Source: Balanoglossus misakiensis (taxonomy: Eukaryota; Animalia; Hemichordata). From it: a DNA stretch of 64,000 bases. The position numbers and the translations under genes are program-made. The notes beneath the pieces were generated by a model. That model saw only the letters and a program-made list of their open reading frames with translations. It was not told the DNA's origin and did not search any database. Positions 13,644 through 26,395 of this stretch are shown here, piece by piece; the first letter of the stretch is position 1; every line of letters starts with the position of its first letter. The stretch spans positions 6,026,791 to 6,090,790 of the forward strand of contig CM082596.2 of assembly GCA_040954595.2 (NCBI GenBank), in the 5' to 3' direction.

Positions 13644-15473
13644 ATGGAGCCCAACGGGGAGTCAATCCGCCTAAACAGCATGGTTTCGAAAGACAGCAAC
13701 AAGAATCACAAAGCGACCGGCACCTTCGACGGAGGGGAGTTACCAGTAACGGACCTTGGTAAGAGTTGGTGTTTTGGCTTTCAAATTGCCGGCCACGATA
13801 CACCCTACCCACCTCTCACCGTCCCCTGGACCTACCATTATTATCTGTCAGGATCATTCAGTGTGCTACTTGTGTATTCACTCAAACCTGTGTTAGTGGC
13901 CACATCGGGCTCTATATAATGGAAATCTGTCCACAGTGGCCACTTTGGTACAGTCTCTATGCAATTAATGTCTATACAGGCAACCTGCGTATACAGGCCA
14001 ATTAAGGAAAGTCCCTTGATTGGCCGCTACTCATAGATTTGACTATGTAACTGTTAACTTTATACCAGTAAAATACACAACGCCAATCTCAGACAATGTT
14101 TGAACCTAGTCGTTCCTACTGTAAGCTAAAATACTTCTCCGCCGAAAGCTTGCTTAATTCTCCAAAACGATACATTCAACTAGTAGTGGGGCTAGTATGA
14201 TGGGAGTGGCTTGGATACATACATCAAATCTCAAAATAGCTTGAAGTTTAGTTGTCATCATGTGAAAAAAGCGAGACCATATCGGAAATGTGCTTGTTTT
14301 ATTCCACGCATTTCACTCACGGTGTAAACCTGCATTTTTTTAATTTTACAGAAAAATTGACAGACGGCGACCATCTGACAGATGCACAAGCGGAAAAATG
14401 GCGAAAAGCTGCTGTCTACATTTCCATAATAACAATTATTCTCTTAGTCTTTTTAGGGATTGGATTTACAGGTAAACTGAAAACTATGTCTTCAACTATT
14501 AGGTTAAAGTAAATGAGTTTCATGTATATCAGATGATGTGCATTTTGATTAAAATTTTGTACAAAAAAGCTCGTGATAGTATACTTCGCGGACAGAGTAC
14601 ATATGACTGAAACGGATTCAATTATTTGCCAAGTGGGACAATGTGCTTATATATAAAGTTGACAAACAACAATGTCTTTGATTTTTTTTATTCTACAGTC
14701 GTTTCTATCGCAACAGGCAGTACCGCAGCACTGGGGCTCGCGGTAAGTAAGCTTATATACAGTCTATTAAATACTAGGCTCAGGCGGAATAAAAATAATC
14801 AAAACTAGACTTTGACCGTTCACAATAGCCTTGGCAGTTGACAAATCCAAATATGACACTATCTCTTTGAACTGGTTTGATAAGTGAGAGGCTAAATAGA
14901 TACGTAGATGATTGTTTGTCTCAGTCTCGAAATAGACATGCGGGTATTTCATGGACTTGTATGTAATTATGTTGCATATTTAATTCAAAATCATGAATTA
15001 AAGTATTTAGGATGATTACACCCACCCTTTTTATAAGTAGTATATTCTTAGTTCGAAGTGTTCTGCATCATTGTACGGCCTAGACGGGAAGAGTGTTACA
15101 ATATTTTCAAATATAAGTCCAACAGCGAACGTGGTGTCGCTCTCTCAACTATTAAATTCTATTTATTTGTCATCTTCACTGTGTGCGTGGTAGTCGCGGT
15201 TATGTTGTTTGCACTTTTGTAGCAGCGAGATATAATCATTTGTCAAACCTTTCAAATTACTTTATCATCATTATTTTGTTGTGGACATTTTTGATAAAGT
15301 TGTCGTGCTGTCTAACAGCTTTCTGTAATGTTCATAATTGTTTTCTTTCACAGTTTGATATGATGCTAGACTCGGCGACTTCAATGGTTGTGCTGTGGAG
15401 GTATCATCAAAAGGACGCGGTGCACGCAAAGGGGAAGGAACAAAGGTAAAGCCTGACTAACTGACTGACTGAC

Positions 15474-15508
<35 letters not shown>

Positions 15509-16868
15509 CTCATAAAGCTGGCCCACCCACCCTATACCACCCACCCACCAACCAACCGACCGACCGACCAACCAACCAATCAATCTAATAAACATTTTTG
15601 TTTGATTCACGAACTATAATTGTCTATATCGAAATACGTTTTGAATTCCAGTTTTATGACAATTTGTTGTTGTTAGAATGATTTTTAAATTCTGGCACCT
15701 TGTTTCCCACGGATTATCCCATGACCAGCACCAGCCTTTTAATAGTAAAATAATGACACAGTCATATAACCCTTCAAGACTCTAATCTACTCGGCTTTGA
15801 TTTCTCAATTTCAGAGCAATTATTTTACTGGGGATACTCTTCATATTATTTGCAATAGTAATCAGCATAAAATCTGTGATAGCACTTATTACGGGTACGA
15901 GTCCATCCGAGGTGAGTCACGTGATTCCAATCATTCCAATTCAAGGTACATATAGTTCATAAACTTCTACTGGTTAGTTCAATGTCTCAACATATGTGCG
16001 GCACAATGATAACCAATATATTTTTATATTTAAACACTTGGTTACAAATTTAAATGCCTGCCTTCAGTTTTTCATAAACTACGATTATTCGACGTGTAAA
16101 ATGTTGAATTTAGTAACTATTTTTCTTCCTTCCTCCTTTCCGGCAGGAATCCGTACTAGCGATCATGAGCACAGTCGCTGCTGTCGTCATGACAACGTTG
16201 GCGGTTGCAAAATTTCTCATCGCAAAGAAATTACATTCCACAAGCATCCTGAGCGATGGTAAGCATAAATATTAGTTCGCAAAGTTTTTTTCTTTTAAAT
16301 TAACAACCAAAGTTCTGATCGTTTTGCTTTCGTTAATTGATCATCAAATTAATTTTTTCATAGTTCTATACACATCAAGATATGTGTGTCTGTTATTACA
16401 CGTCTAAGAAATGTATGCACTGCCTTGTAGACAGTCAACGGAGCTCATAGTGGGCGCTCTTCAGTAATCTGGGGTATAATTTTTTTCTCCACAGCTTTCA
16501 GTTCCCTGATGGGCGCCTTAATCAGCTACAGTATTCTGATCGGGGCTATACTTTACACATGTCTTGAAATAACAATTATCGATTCAGTGACTGGAATTGT
16601 AGTGGCCGCCATGCTGGCCGGATGGGGCATATGGTAAGTTTGGAACTTCTTTGTCAGTTCATGACACTGTTGACAAAGTTTTCTGATGTACTGGTCGCGC
16701 AATCCATTTACACTATCTTTGCAAAAATGCATTATATCCAGTCAAACACTTTTTTTGTGTTTTAACTCGTGATTATGTGTAGATGTCTCATTCTACCGAC
16801 TAAGTTACTTTTGTTTTTATTCTTTTTACAGGATGTTGGTATCTGAAATACGACATATGGTTAGATAA
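13644..16868 (+). CDS. TMEM163: TMEM163-like zinc transporter, paralog B, 8 coding exons, ~251 aa
   Basis: Exons 13644-13758, 14352-14471, 14699-14742, 15354-15445, 15815-15911, 16147-16258, 16495-16633, 16832-16868 (756 nt, TAA). Kozak gccATGg. Motifs KWRKAAVYIS, FDMMLDSATSMVVLWRY, KKLHSTSILSDAFSSLMG. Same intron phases as paralogs A and C. The UTR part of the first coding exon begins at an acceptor ending at 13544. Confidence 0.92.
13879..14045. mobile_element. Degenerate Tc1/mariner-like MITE in an intron of paralog B
   Basis: Imperfect TIRs cactcaaacctgtgttagtggcca / tggccgctactcatagatttgactat; not seen in the equivalent intron of paralog C. Confidence 0.45.
15455..15590. repeat. Compound tetranucleotide microsatellite (TGAC/TGAT, then CCCA/CCAA/CCGA)
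   Basis: Directly visible tandem units just after the exon 4 donor of paralog B. Confidence 0.9.
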
Positions 16869-18000
16869 AGTCGAAATTCCTGTTTCTAGGAAGACACATG
16901 CGCACACCCTGTCAGTACGATATTCGTGCTGCGCCTTTAAATTGTGTGTGTCACTGACACCAAACTAAGGAGGACGACTACTTCCTGTTTAGTCTTTCAA
17001 TCTTACTAATTTTCCCCGAAAGAAAGTGGACTCTTTTCCTAAATGGATATTCCAAGGGAGCGTGTCGTCGATAGGGCGCATGCTCGGAAAGAGTGTGACG
17101 CCGCTCGCATTCGTGACAAAGCGGACAAAACTAATGGCGGCTCGTTGTGACGATAATTACGCACATAGCTCGTGATATTCAGTACTGGTTCCGGAAATCG
17201 TCTTCCAAACAATGCAGGCGGATGCAAAATAAACGTTTTATAGACGGAGCAATAGGACATGGTTCTTATTTTAGTGGCATTCATGCCATGCCTATACGGC
17301 ATCTCAAGTTTGTAAAAAACATTTATTTACAGAATTATTGTAGACGCTATTTACTGTAATATATCGATATGTTCACATTCACCTTAAGTTAATGTTTTCT
17401 TTACACAATATTGTACATAAAAAAACACTGAAAACCCTTCAGCATGTCTAGTATAGGTATAATGTAGATCATTAGTGATATTAAGTAATGGTTGACTGTC
17501 GGGTGAAGATGTCTATGACATAAATACTTTCAATTGCTATGGCGATTACATTTTGGATTGATCATTGGTGATCACGTGGATGTGGCCATTATTCCTGTAG
17601 ATCAAGGCGTTGGTTACTGAAATAAAGCACTTCTATGAAAAAAAGACAGGCAAACACAGCCCGAATTATGTCTATCGGTCTTGTCTTTATCCAGGGTCAT
17701 TCTACTACTACGTGAGAATATTTTGACCACAGGAAGTCCTGCAATACAGTTAACATTGTGATATACTTTCTACCATCTCTTACTACAGTGAGCTGTCGAT
17801 CTTTTACCCGGAATGCAAATTTGATAATGATATTTTTCCCCTCTAGCACGAAGTAAAACCCTATTTAAGGCAGCCAGAATACCGATGGACCAGAGGGCGT
17901 AACTGGAAAGGACGAGCGCCACCTTGCGACAGACATTTTACCCGGAGTTGGTCTGGTATGTTGATTGGCTCCTGCACACACCATTTCATCGGTACTTACA

Positions 18001-18138
18001 CAGAGTAGATGAACTCGTGTTGCCTTGACAACCAAACCCGGGAGAATATTTGGACGCGTTTTGGAGAAAAAGACGGGAGGGACAGAAAATCGTTCGTGAA
18101 GGAGAGACCTGTACTTCGAGGAGAACTGTGCGAAACTG
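18001..18138 (+). promoter_or_regulatory. Putative promoter/non-coding first exon of paralog C, with RFX X-box-like motif (18019-18032)
   Basis: Homologous to 6050-6217 (cagagtag...ctcgtgtYgccttgacaaccaa...tttggac); donor TG|GTAGGT at 18139 followed by the shared tgt...accatatg; motif GTTGCCTTGACAAC. Confidence 0.6.
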
Positions 18139-20599
18139 GTAGGTTGTAAACCATATGCACTGAAGCACTTTGCACTTGCAGCAATGGAGTACAGACCCCA
18201 CATGCGCAGTTAACACTATGAGCTGTAACCAACTGTTGAGGATGGTTACGTTCTAAAAGCATGCCAGGTTGTAAAACAAATACACCTCGTTGAAATTGCA
18301 ACAGCACCTATTGCAAGCTATAATATGGTAGCATAACATCACAATATATGCACTACACAATCGTATCCATGGAAACCCTAAGATAGATTGCTAAAAGAGA
18401 AAGCACATTTTTGGCGAACGACTGGTGCGTGTCAGGAAAAGCAAATGATGTGACCCATGATCAAACGAAAATCTCTTTATCATTTAATACGATATAAAAA
18501 CGCAGTTTACGATCTGCTGAAATTAGGATGTAGTCTGAAACCAAATGATTATCCATCTTCCTCTGAACGGAAAAAATGCGCACGTAGTTGTTGAATATAT
18601 CAAACAGAAAACAAAGATGGAGAAATTATTTTTTGAAAAGTATTTGGTCACTGATTGGTAAAATTACAAGTGCATGGCCCTTCTCGTGTTTGCTGAGGTA
18701 TGTTGAAATATTCCAAAGAATTTGTACTATAATAGCTCTCACTACCGTGTTTTTAACTGTCAATCATTACTAAAATTAGCCTGAGAATTGGAAATCGAAC
18801 TATTCAGTGGTTTCAATCACAACCTGGACGCTGTGTTCTCACCCCAGGGAGGGATGAACAACCTTCAACATCATCACAATTAGATTTGCCGGTATCACTA
18901 CATTGTTTTTTGCACATGTACTGATCAGACCCTAGCTGTTACAGGCATGCCGCGAACTCTCACTGCATGTGGTGTTATAGCTGTGTGAAAAACATAAATA
19001 CATAACAGTGCCACGACAGCCCTTGTTCTAAACGGAACTACCAATTGAAAAAATTCATATTCCCTGCTTGCCAGATTGTCGTCCAAGGACACCGTATTTT
19101 ATGCGCATAAACTCCGAAATAATGCATTGACGAATAGGCCACTTGCACTGTGCCAAACATAGCCACCTGGTGGGGCTAAACGAGAACGCGTAATTGAAAA
19201 AAAGACCTATGGGTAACCGTATGGAAAAGCGCGTAAACGTGGGTTAATTTGCATAAAACATTTGTTGGAATAAAAATAAAAATAGTGAAGAGATGCGTAA
19301 CGCGCACAGGCGTAATGAATTTGATGCATGTAACATGATTTTGAACGGTGACAAATATCTGTGCTGGTGACCAATGTATCCATGATGGAACAGGTATGTT
19401 TGAACTTAATAATGGAGTTCTCTGTGGCGACTATGTGGTCGCTTATCTGAAGGCGTATATAGGATGTCCAGGTGAAAGGACCTGCCTGTCTCTATATGAT
19501 AACAATTGTTGGCATTCTCAATGAGGATGTTCAATGGAGATGCAGTTTCCTTTTTCGTCCATATGGATACTCATCCAACTCTCACCTAAAAAGTCTGCTT
19601 GGTTTATCTCCGTTCTCAAAAATACATCTTGCAAATTTTGACTTATATTTACGAACACTTCACTACAAGCTGACTCGATAGAACAGAATGGTTTTGAGAG
19701 AATTCGGTCACCCAAACGGGATATAAGCATCTTTGGGGAGATAACAAGCTGTTGAAAAGTTACTACATTGATACACAGTTAAATTAAAAACTCAAAATCC
19801 GAGTGCAACTAAACCTGTTTTGATTAAGATTACATGGCGCTGATCTCGCCATCTGACTATTGAAATAAAGGCAACTACTAAAGACTGGGTTGTAGCTTTT
19901 ATACGAGGAATAGAGGATTATGCCCTCTCTGCAGAAAAACACGTTGATCTCAATGCTGTGTTTTTTAAAGTACAATGTGAAATGTACTTGATTCTGATAA
20001 TGGTCGATTTAGAGTTTCATCTATTCGTGATCAGTACTAGACTCTCGATTTATAATGTAGCATTTCTCGTGATGTAGTCGTCAATAATAAGTTTGTTAAA
20101 TTTGTCAATTAACAGACACCTCACGCATGCGCATATGAGTTAAAACAAAGTGGCCTTCCTCTGTGATGGCGGTATAGGTTAAAAGTGTTTCCGTCTGCTT
20201 CGTTCAAAGGTGAGGGTAGGGTATGCCCATTTGCTTCGTTTCAAAAATGACAAAAATAAAATGCTATTTAAATTTGATGGCTGGCATGTCATACACAGGT
20301 CAGTTTATGAGCGAGACTTTTATGACAGGTGACACAGCGCATTGTGTCAGGTGGTTAAATTTGTTTCTAGGGACAAGAACTTCTTAGGCTAGGCCTCAAT
20401 GTACTATATGCGAGCCTGTTTAATATATAACTACATGCATGATGTAATATGGGTGAAAATCGTTGGTATGGCAAACATTTAAAGTTTCCCTTGATGGATC
20501 ATCATCAGTGATCCAAGAACGCCCGGATGAAGGCACAGAAAGAACTTTTCTAGGAGCGCCCGCAACGCTAAGAAAAAGACAAACAAAGGGATATTTTTT

Positions 20600-20900
20600 G
20601 TGCAGGGTACAGGTTTCTTGCGGGTATACATATTCAAATATTTGCAGGTCGATATCGGTTGCGTAATCTCCTTGTTAGGGCGACCAACAAACAATGTTCC
20701 TGTCGCTTTTAGACGTGTCGCTGGTAGGTCGAATTGCGACGGCTCCCGTAGCCCACAAACAAGGAATTTGTTGAAATATCGGCATTTCAACGCGAGGTGT
20801 ATTCTCGCCAACGCACTGTGCTGTGAATTGCGCCGTACACGTTTCTGGGGACACTGTGGCCGGACCAGAAAGTTGTGCGACGTAACCGTTTTACTGTACA
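20600..20900 (-). pseudogene. Truncated paralogous remnant of the distal part of the intronic GPCR-like sequence, in intron 1 of paralog C
   Basis: Nucleotide similarity to 11510-11760 (tattcaaatatttg...cggttgcgtaatctc; tcggcatYtcaac; cggaccaRaaagtt) at the equivalent intronic position. Lies within ORF 20479-21123(-), which shows no recognisable domain. Confidence 0.4.
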
Positions 20901-21536
20901 GTAGTTCTCTGACGTTTCCTATGCCTGTTCCTTCACACAGTGGCATCAACAAGTCTACTGTTGGTATTGAATGAACGTGGAAACACCTCCAAGCACGCAC
21001 TGGACTAACCGTAGGTACCGATTTCCGATTTACTTTCACATCTCTACAACTACAAACTGCTCCGGTATTAATACTTTCTTTCTCAATGCACAACTTGACC
21101 ACTATTTCACTCCCACAGCTCACCGTGGGCTATGCACTAAATCAATACTGTTCATATGCAGATAGCGTGTATCGATAATATGACTTTCTTGTTAACATTA
21201 CATGTACTTAGACAACTCGAGTTGAAGTTGTAGTACTATCGATTGCCTTTGCTTACATTGGGGGATGTATGATACATAGATTAAGGGACCAGGCCGTTCT
21301 GGACCCTGATTGTCAGGATGACGTCACTTAACAAACGGTTGACCAAGCTTTACCAATGGAACAGAGGAAACATATACATGTAAACCAAGAAAAATCTCGT
21401 GAACACAACTTCATGTCGCATTCGTGTTTTTTTTATTCCTTCAGTGAGTCACAACACGCGTAGTATTCTGGGGTCGCTTCGAATAGTACTGGTGGAAGCC
21501 TGAATGGTATACTGAATCACACAGCCCTGTCCCGCC

Positions 21537-24500
21537 ATGGACCCCAACGACGAGACAATCCGACTGAACGAAGTGTCCAAAAACAACAAGAACAACAAAA
21601 TGACTGGTACTTTCGACGGAGAAGAGATGACAGAAACAGACAACGGTTGGTGTTGCTATTTTTGGCCACCGAGTGCAAAAACATACTCAGCAATTCACCG
21701 TTTCCACAGATACCTCCAATGATTATATTCTGTCAGAAGTATTCAGTGATAGCCACGTTTACAATTGTTCATAATTTAATAAATACCAGTACAATAGACA
21801 TTTCTAGTCCCATCCCATGGACACAATACTCATACTTTGGCTCAAAACGCAATACTATTTACAACAACACGGTCGTCGTGCGCATGTACAAGATTTACGT
21901 TACAAAACCCGGGTCTACCCAGTGACATGCAACAAAAAGCGACCACATCAGTTTGCATCAAGGAAACAACATCTGATAAAATATGTTAAACATGACATTT
22001 TACAATAAAAACCTTCTGCTTACATTTACAAAATTAACCTACACAATATTGATGGTGCGCAACCAGATGGTATTGCAAAGGTTTCACTACATAAAACCGT
22101 GTAATAAACTTGTTTTTGCATTTTGCAGAACGACTGACAGATTCAAAACATTTAACAGTCGAAGAGACCGAAAAATGGCGGAAAGCAGCTGTTTATGTTT
22201 CCATAGCGACCATTATTCTTCTAGCTATTTTAGGAGTTGGATTTATAGGTAATTTTTGTATTTTCATATAACTATATCGATGAGTTTGGAGTTTCATACA
22301 ACGGCATGTCTTTTTTTCCGAAATTTAATTTCATGATTTATATTAAAAATTTAGTTACGCATGCATATAAATTTCCATAAAGCTTCAGTGACGAATGTTT
22401 TCCTTTTATTCCACAGTTATATCTATCGTATCAGACAGTTCAGCGGCACTGGGACTATCGGTGAGTTATTTACAATCTATTTGAACGCCAAAAACAGGTC
22501 ATCTTTTTATTTTAGAAACGAGTGAGGTCGCCTCTTTTACAATTGATTCGTAACAGTTCTATTAATCAACCCGCACATCGCGTTTAAAATTTAAATGGTA
22601 TTTTTAGTTTTCTGCGATATGAAGTATACTCAATAAATGCCAAAGTCGTTATTTTGTTTTGCATGTTATTGTTTCGTGCGAGAACTTTCTCACGCGAACA
22701 TGATGAATTTACTTCCCTGGCCAGGCCTTTGTGCAGGCATAACATGTAGTATTGATGCAATGACATAGAGCATTCGCGAGGTTACAAACTGTGACGTGAC
22801 GAACTGGGGCCGGCGTGGATGTAATATTTCTGCACATACCGATTCATGTTACCATAAATAGAGCAACATAAATACATTCTCATGTGAAACGTCCATGAAA
22901 GAAAATGTTAAACGCGCCCTTATACTAAGTTGTCATGGTCTTTTGTTAACGAAATGGTAAAAAAACGACGCTTTTCTCAACACAACAAATACTTCTCGTT
23001 AATTTTTTTTTTTCAAAATTTACACGATTTGTTTCTCCCAAAATAGTTCCAATCGTGTTCGTGTTTTGCTGAATTGCTCAGGTCGAAATAGCACACATTT
23101 ATGCATGACTTTTATGCATGCATGTCCGTACAAAGCTGATGTTTCTTTTGATTGATCGTTCATCACTGCGAAAAGCCATCGAATATATAGCATGTTCGAC
23201 AGATTAGAATTACCAATAGAGACAAAAACGCCCACTGGAATAGAAGGAAAGAAGCTGATGTCTGTCTGGCGAACTGACCATATCTTTTTTTGTTCTTGTA
23301 ATAATTAGAAACCTGAACCAATATCTTTCAAAACGGTTACCGGCGCATGGCTTTTATATGTGATTCACCTTCGTAAAATCGTGTGCATCGTATTAAAGTA
23401 TTCGTAAAAATCATTGCTGGAGCGATGTGTTTTACAAGATGGGAAGTACGTTTGTTGAATAAACCGAATGAATACTTTCATAATTTCAGTTTGATATGAT
23501 GCTCGACTCGGCGACATCTGTGGTTGTCTTGTGGAGGTACATCCAGAAGGACACGGTGCACGGCAAAGAGAGAGAACAAAGGTATAAAATCTTATAATTT
23601 AAAGCTCGAACATTGCCACGGTCACGGTCAAAGACGCACTGGTCCAATGTTGAAGGTTCGGCGGGCCAAACTTATTTTAAACTTATCTACACAGTCAGTG
23701 AATTGTAGTGATGGTTGTACTGAAGACGGTTTTTGTGTAAATTCAGTACATTTATCTCTACAACTAATTCATCCCAACGAATGTTTGTCTTTCAGAGCAG
23801 TCACTTTACTGGGGATGCTCTTCATTATGTTTTCTTTGGTAATTAGCATAAAATCTGTGGTAGCACTTCTTACGGATACGAGTCCGTCTCAGGTGAGTGT
23901 TATTTGAACAGTTCTAACTATTAGGGGTGATCGAATCACTAAGCGCGCTACCAAAGTACAGTTTTCATTTTTTCGCTAACAGAAAGATTAAAATCTGAGA
24001 CTTTCATGCACGTGACATAAATAAACAAATCTTTGATCAACTTGATTTTCTTTCTTGCCGCCAGGAATCCATTTTAGCCGGGGTAAGCACAGTTGCCGCT
24101 GTTATCATGACGTCACTGGCTGCGGTAAAGTTTGTCATTGCCAGGAATTTGCAATCAAAGAGCATATTGAGCGACGGTGAGTACTGAATTCAAGATGGTT
24201 GTATTTCCCAGTGAAGATCTCAACGATTCTGACTCAAGTGATTATTGGACTAATCCGCGTGGGAATGCGATCGGTCGCCACGGCATATTGCCTACTAGGG
24301 CGTACATATAGTCTCTGGAGTATTGAGTACAAGCGGCGGATTGGGTAATAGCCAGTCGGGCATACGGAAGACTCTCATCTTCGCAAACCAAGGTTTTGCT
24401 CTCCGAAAAAATAGTTCGTTTTATAGGGAAACTGTGGTCGAGCCAATACAACCAAAGTCATGCACAGCACAGCAACAGGTGGTCGTGGATCATACATTTT

Positions 24501-24896
24501 CACCGAAAGAACTACTACCATCAACCGCCTGGGGGCGATATGATACGATTATCTTCTACATTTTTTTTTACCCGCAGCGTTCAGTTCTCTGATGGGAGCG
24601 TTAATCAGCTACGGCATTCTAATCGGTGCCATAATCTACGTCAATTTCCAAGTAACAATCATCGATTCGGTGATTGGGATTGTAGTTGCCGCCGTGCTGG
24701 CCGGATGGGGTATTTGGTAAGTTGTCATTTTCTCGGGCATATTCGTTACGTACATTTCTCACATTCTTTAGCTCAATCGAACGCTTTGATTACTTTTTCT
24801 TTGAATTTTCCTATGTCGCGCTGGCCAGATGGTCTTACTTATTGGTATTCTTTTTACAGGATGTTCGTATCTGAAATACGGAATATGGTCCAATAG
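21537..24896 (+). CDS. TMEM163: TMEM163-like zinc transporter, paralog C, 8 coding exons, ~249 aa
   Basis: Exons 21537-21645, 22129-22248, 22417-22460, 23490-23581, 23796-23892, 24065-24176, 24578-24716, 24860-24896 (750 nt, TAG). Exons 2-8 are the same length as in paralog B (120/44/92/97/112/139/37). Motifs FDMMLDSATSVVVLWRY and RNLQSKSILSDAFSSLMG. UTR acceptor ends at 21444. Confidence 0.92.
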
Positions 24897-26395
24897 GCCC
24901 AAATCTGAAATTTCCGCCTTCCATATTGGAAGACATGCAAATTGCTAGTCATCATATTCGTGTGAAGTTTGTCACATCAGACTCACTGTATTCAAGAAGA
25001 AGAAGACAACTTCTCTCTGCTTATTTTTCATAAAGACACGTTCCAAGAGTGTTTAACCTCAAGATAGCGGATAGCGTAAAGAGGACGATTTGGACATTGT
25101 CTTCCAATAAAAGCCGAGTGCTTTACTATAGTCTGCGCTGCTGCAGTGCAGTACGACACTCAGAAATGGCTAACTTGAATTGTGTCAGAGATGTACATCC
25201 ATATATATCTCTGGTGACGTTAGCTCCAACAAACTACGTTGGGAACGTCGTTAATTTAACGCGAGGATTTAAAGAACAACATATACGATTGCGACTGATT
25301 AATTTATTGAATTATTACATATGACAGATTACTATGTATTATATTTACTGACTTACGTTTGCGTCGAAACGACATTGACTTGCGGAAATTATTAGTAACA
25401 AATCCTCTATTATAATCTACAGGTCATCACGACATCATTTATTAGTGTAAATAAATACTTGGAAACACACTTTGAAAGATAAATATTATGGTTGGCTGCA
25501 GTTTTTGTGTAATAGTCGACAATACGATTAATTCCTATCCAAGTGCACAGTAAATTATTTTGTTCGAAGACAATAGAGTCGCGTGCACATAGGCCTACGC
25601 CTGTTTTCACTTTTAACCCTCACAATATTTAGCAATACTGTAAAGTACCGACAGAAATAATCTTGAATACGCCAAGTGCCACGTCCATAACTTATACATA
25701 CCAGAATGGCCACAGAGAGGAAACAATTTTAGCTCAACATAAGCTCTTAAATCATGACGAAGTACTGGGTATTTATGGTCAATTGAAAAATGTACATCTT
25801 TAGAGTCACATCATATGCACTGATGTTCTTCTTTATTAGCGTGTGGAATACACGCATTACTTTAATATTGTAATGTAAAAAGGGGTAGGCACTTCTTACA
25901 TGTTTAGTGCCTTGTTGTACTAAGTAGTGTTATTTACATTTTCGTGATTTCAAATAAAGATACCTACACAGTGTCTCGGAATGGACTGCGGCGCAGATGC
26001 GTTTCCGTCTTGTATATATCTCTAGAGAGACAGACAAAGAGAAAGGTGATTATCATCGTGACGATCGGATAGGTACATGTGTACTGTAGCCCCCCCCCCC
26101 CCCCCCCATATTGCCTATATGCGTTCAATGAACTAATGCACTTGCAATCAACAGAATGCTAATGATCGAAACGGACTATCCAACAGGTGTACTCTATTGA
26201 AATTTACTCCCTGATGAACAATGTGACTAGACATAAGTCGCGCAAAAACAATGGCACTGCGAAGGAAATGTATGATACTGAGCGACATGCAATTAGCCTA
26301 AACTTCAGGAAAACGTTATTGAAGACCCAGAAAAATACAAGTAGTAACAACGTATTCTAGCGATTAGAGATTTAAAATGACTACATGTATCAACT

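Noticed and set aside
20479-21123. 214-aa minus-strand ORF as a functional nested gene
   Set aside because: Non-ATG start, no recognisable domain, and the homologous region at 11510-11760 has stops and frameshifts relative to it; better explained as a decayed remnant.
24396-24896. 166-aa ORF as a single-exon gene
   Set aside because: It crosses exon 7 of paralog C out of frame and joins the real frame only in the last 37-nt exon.
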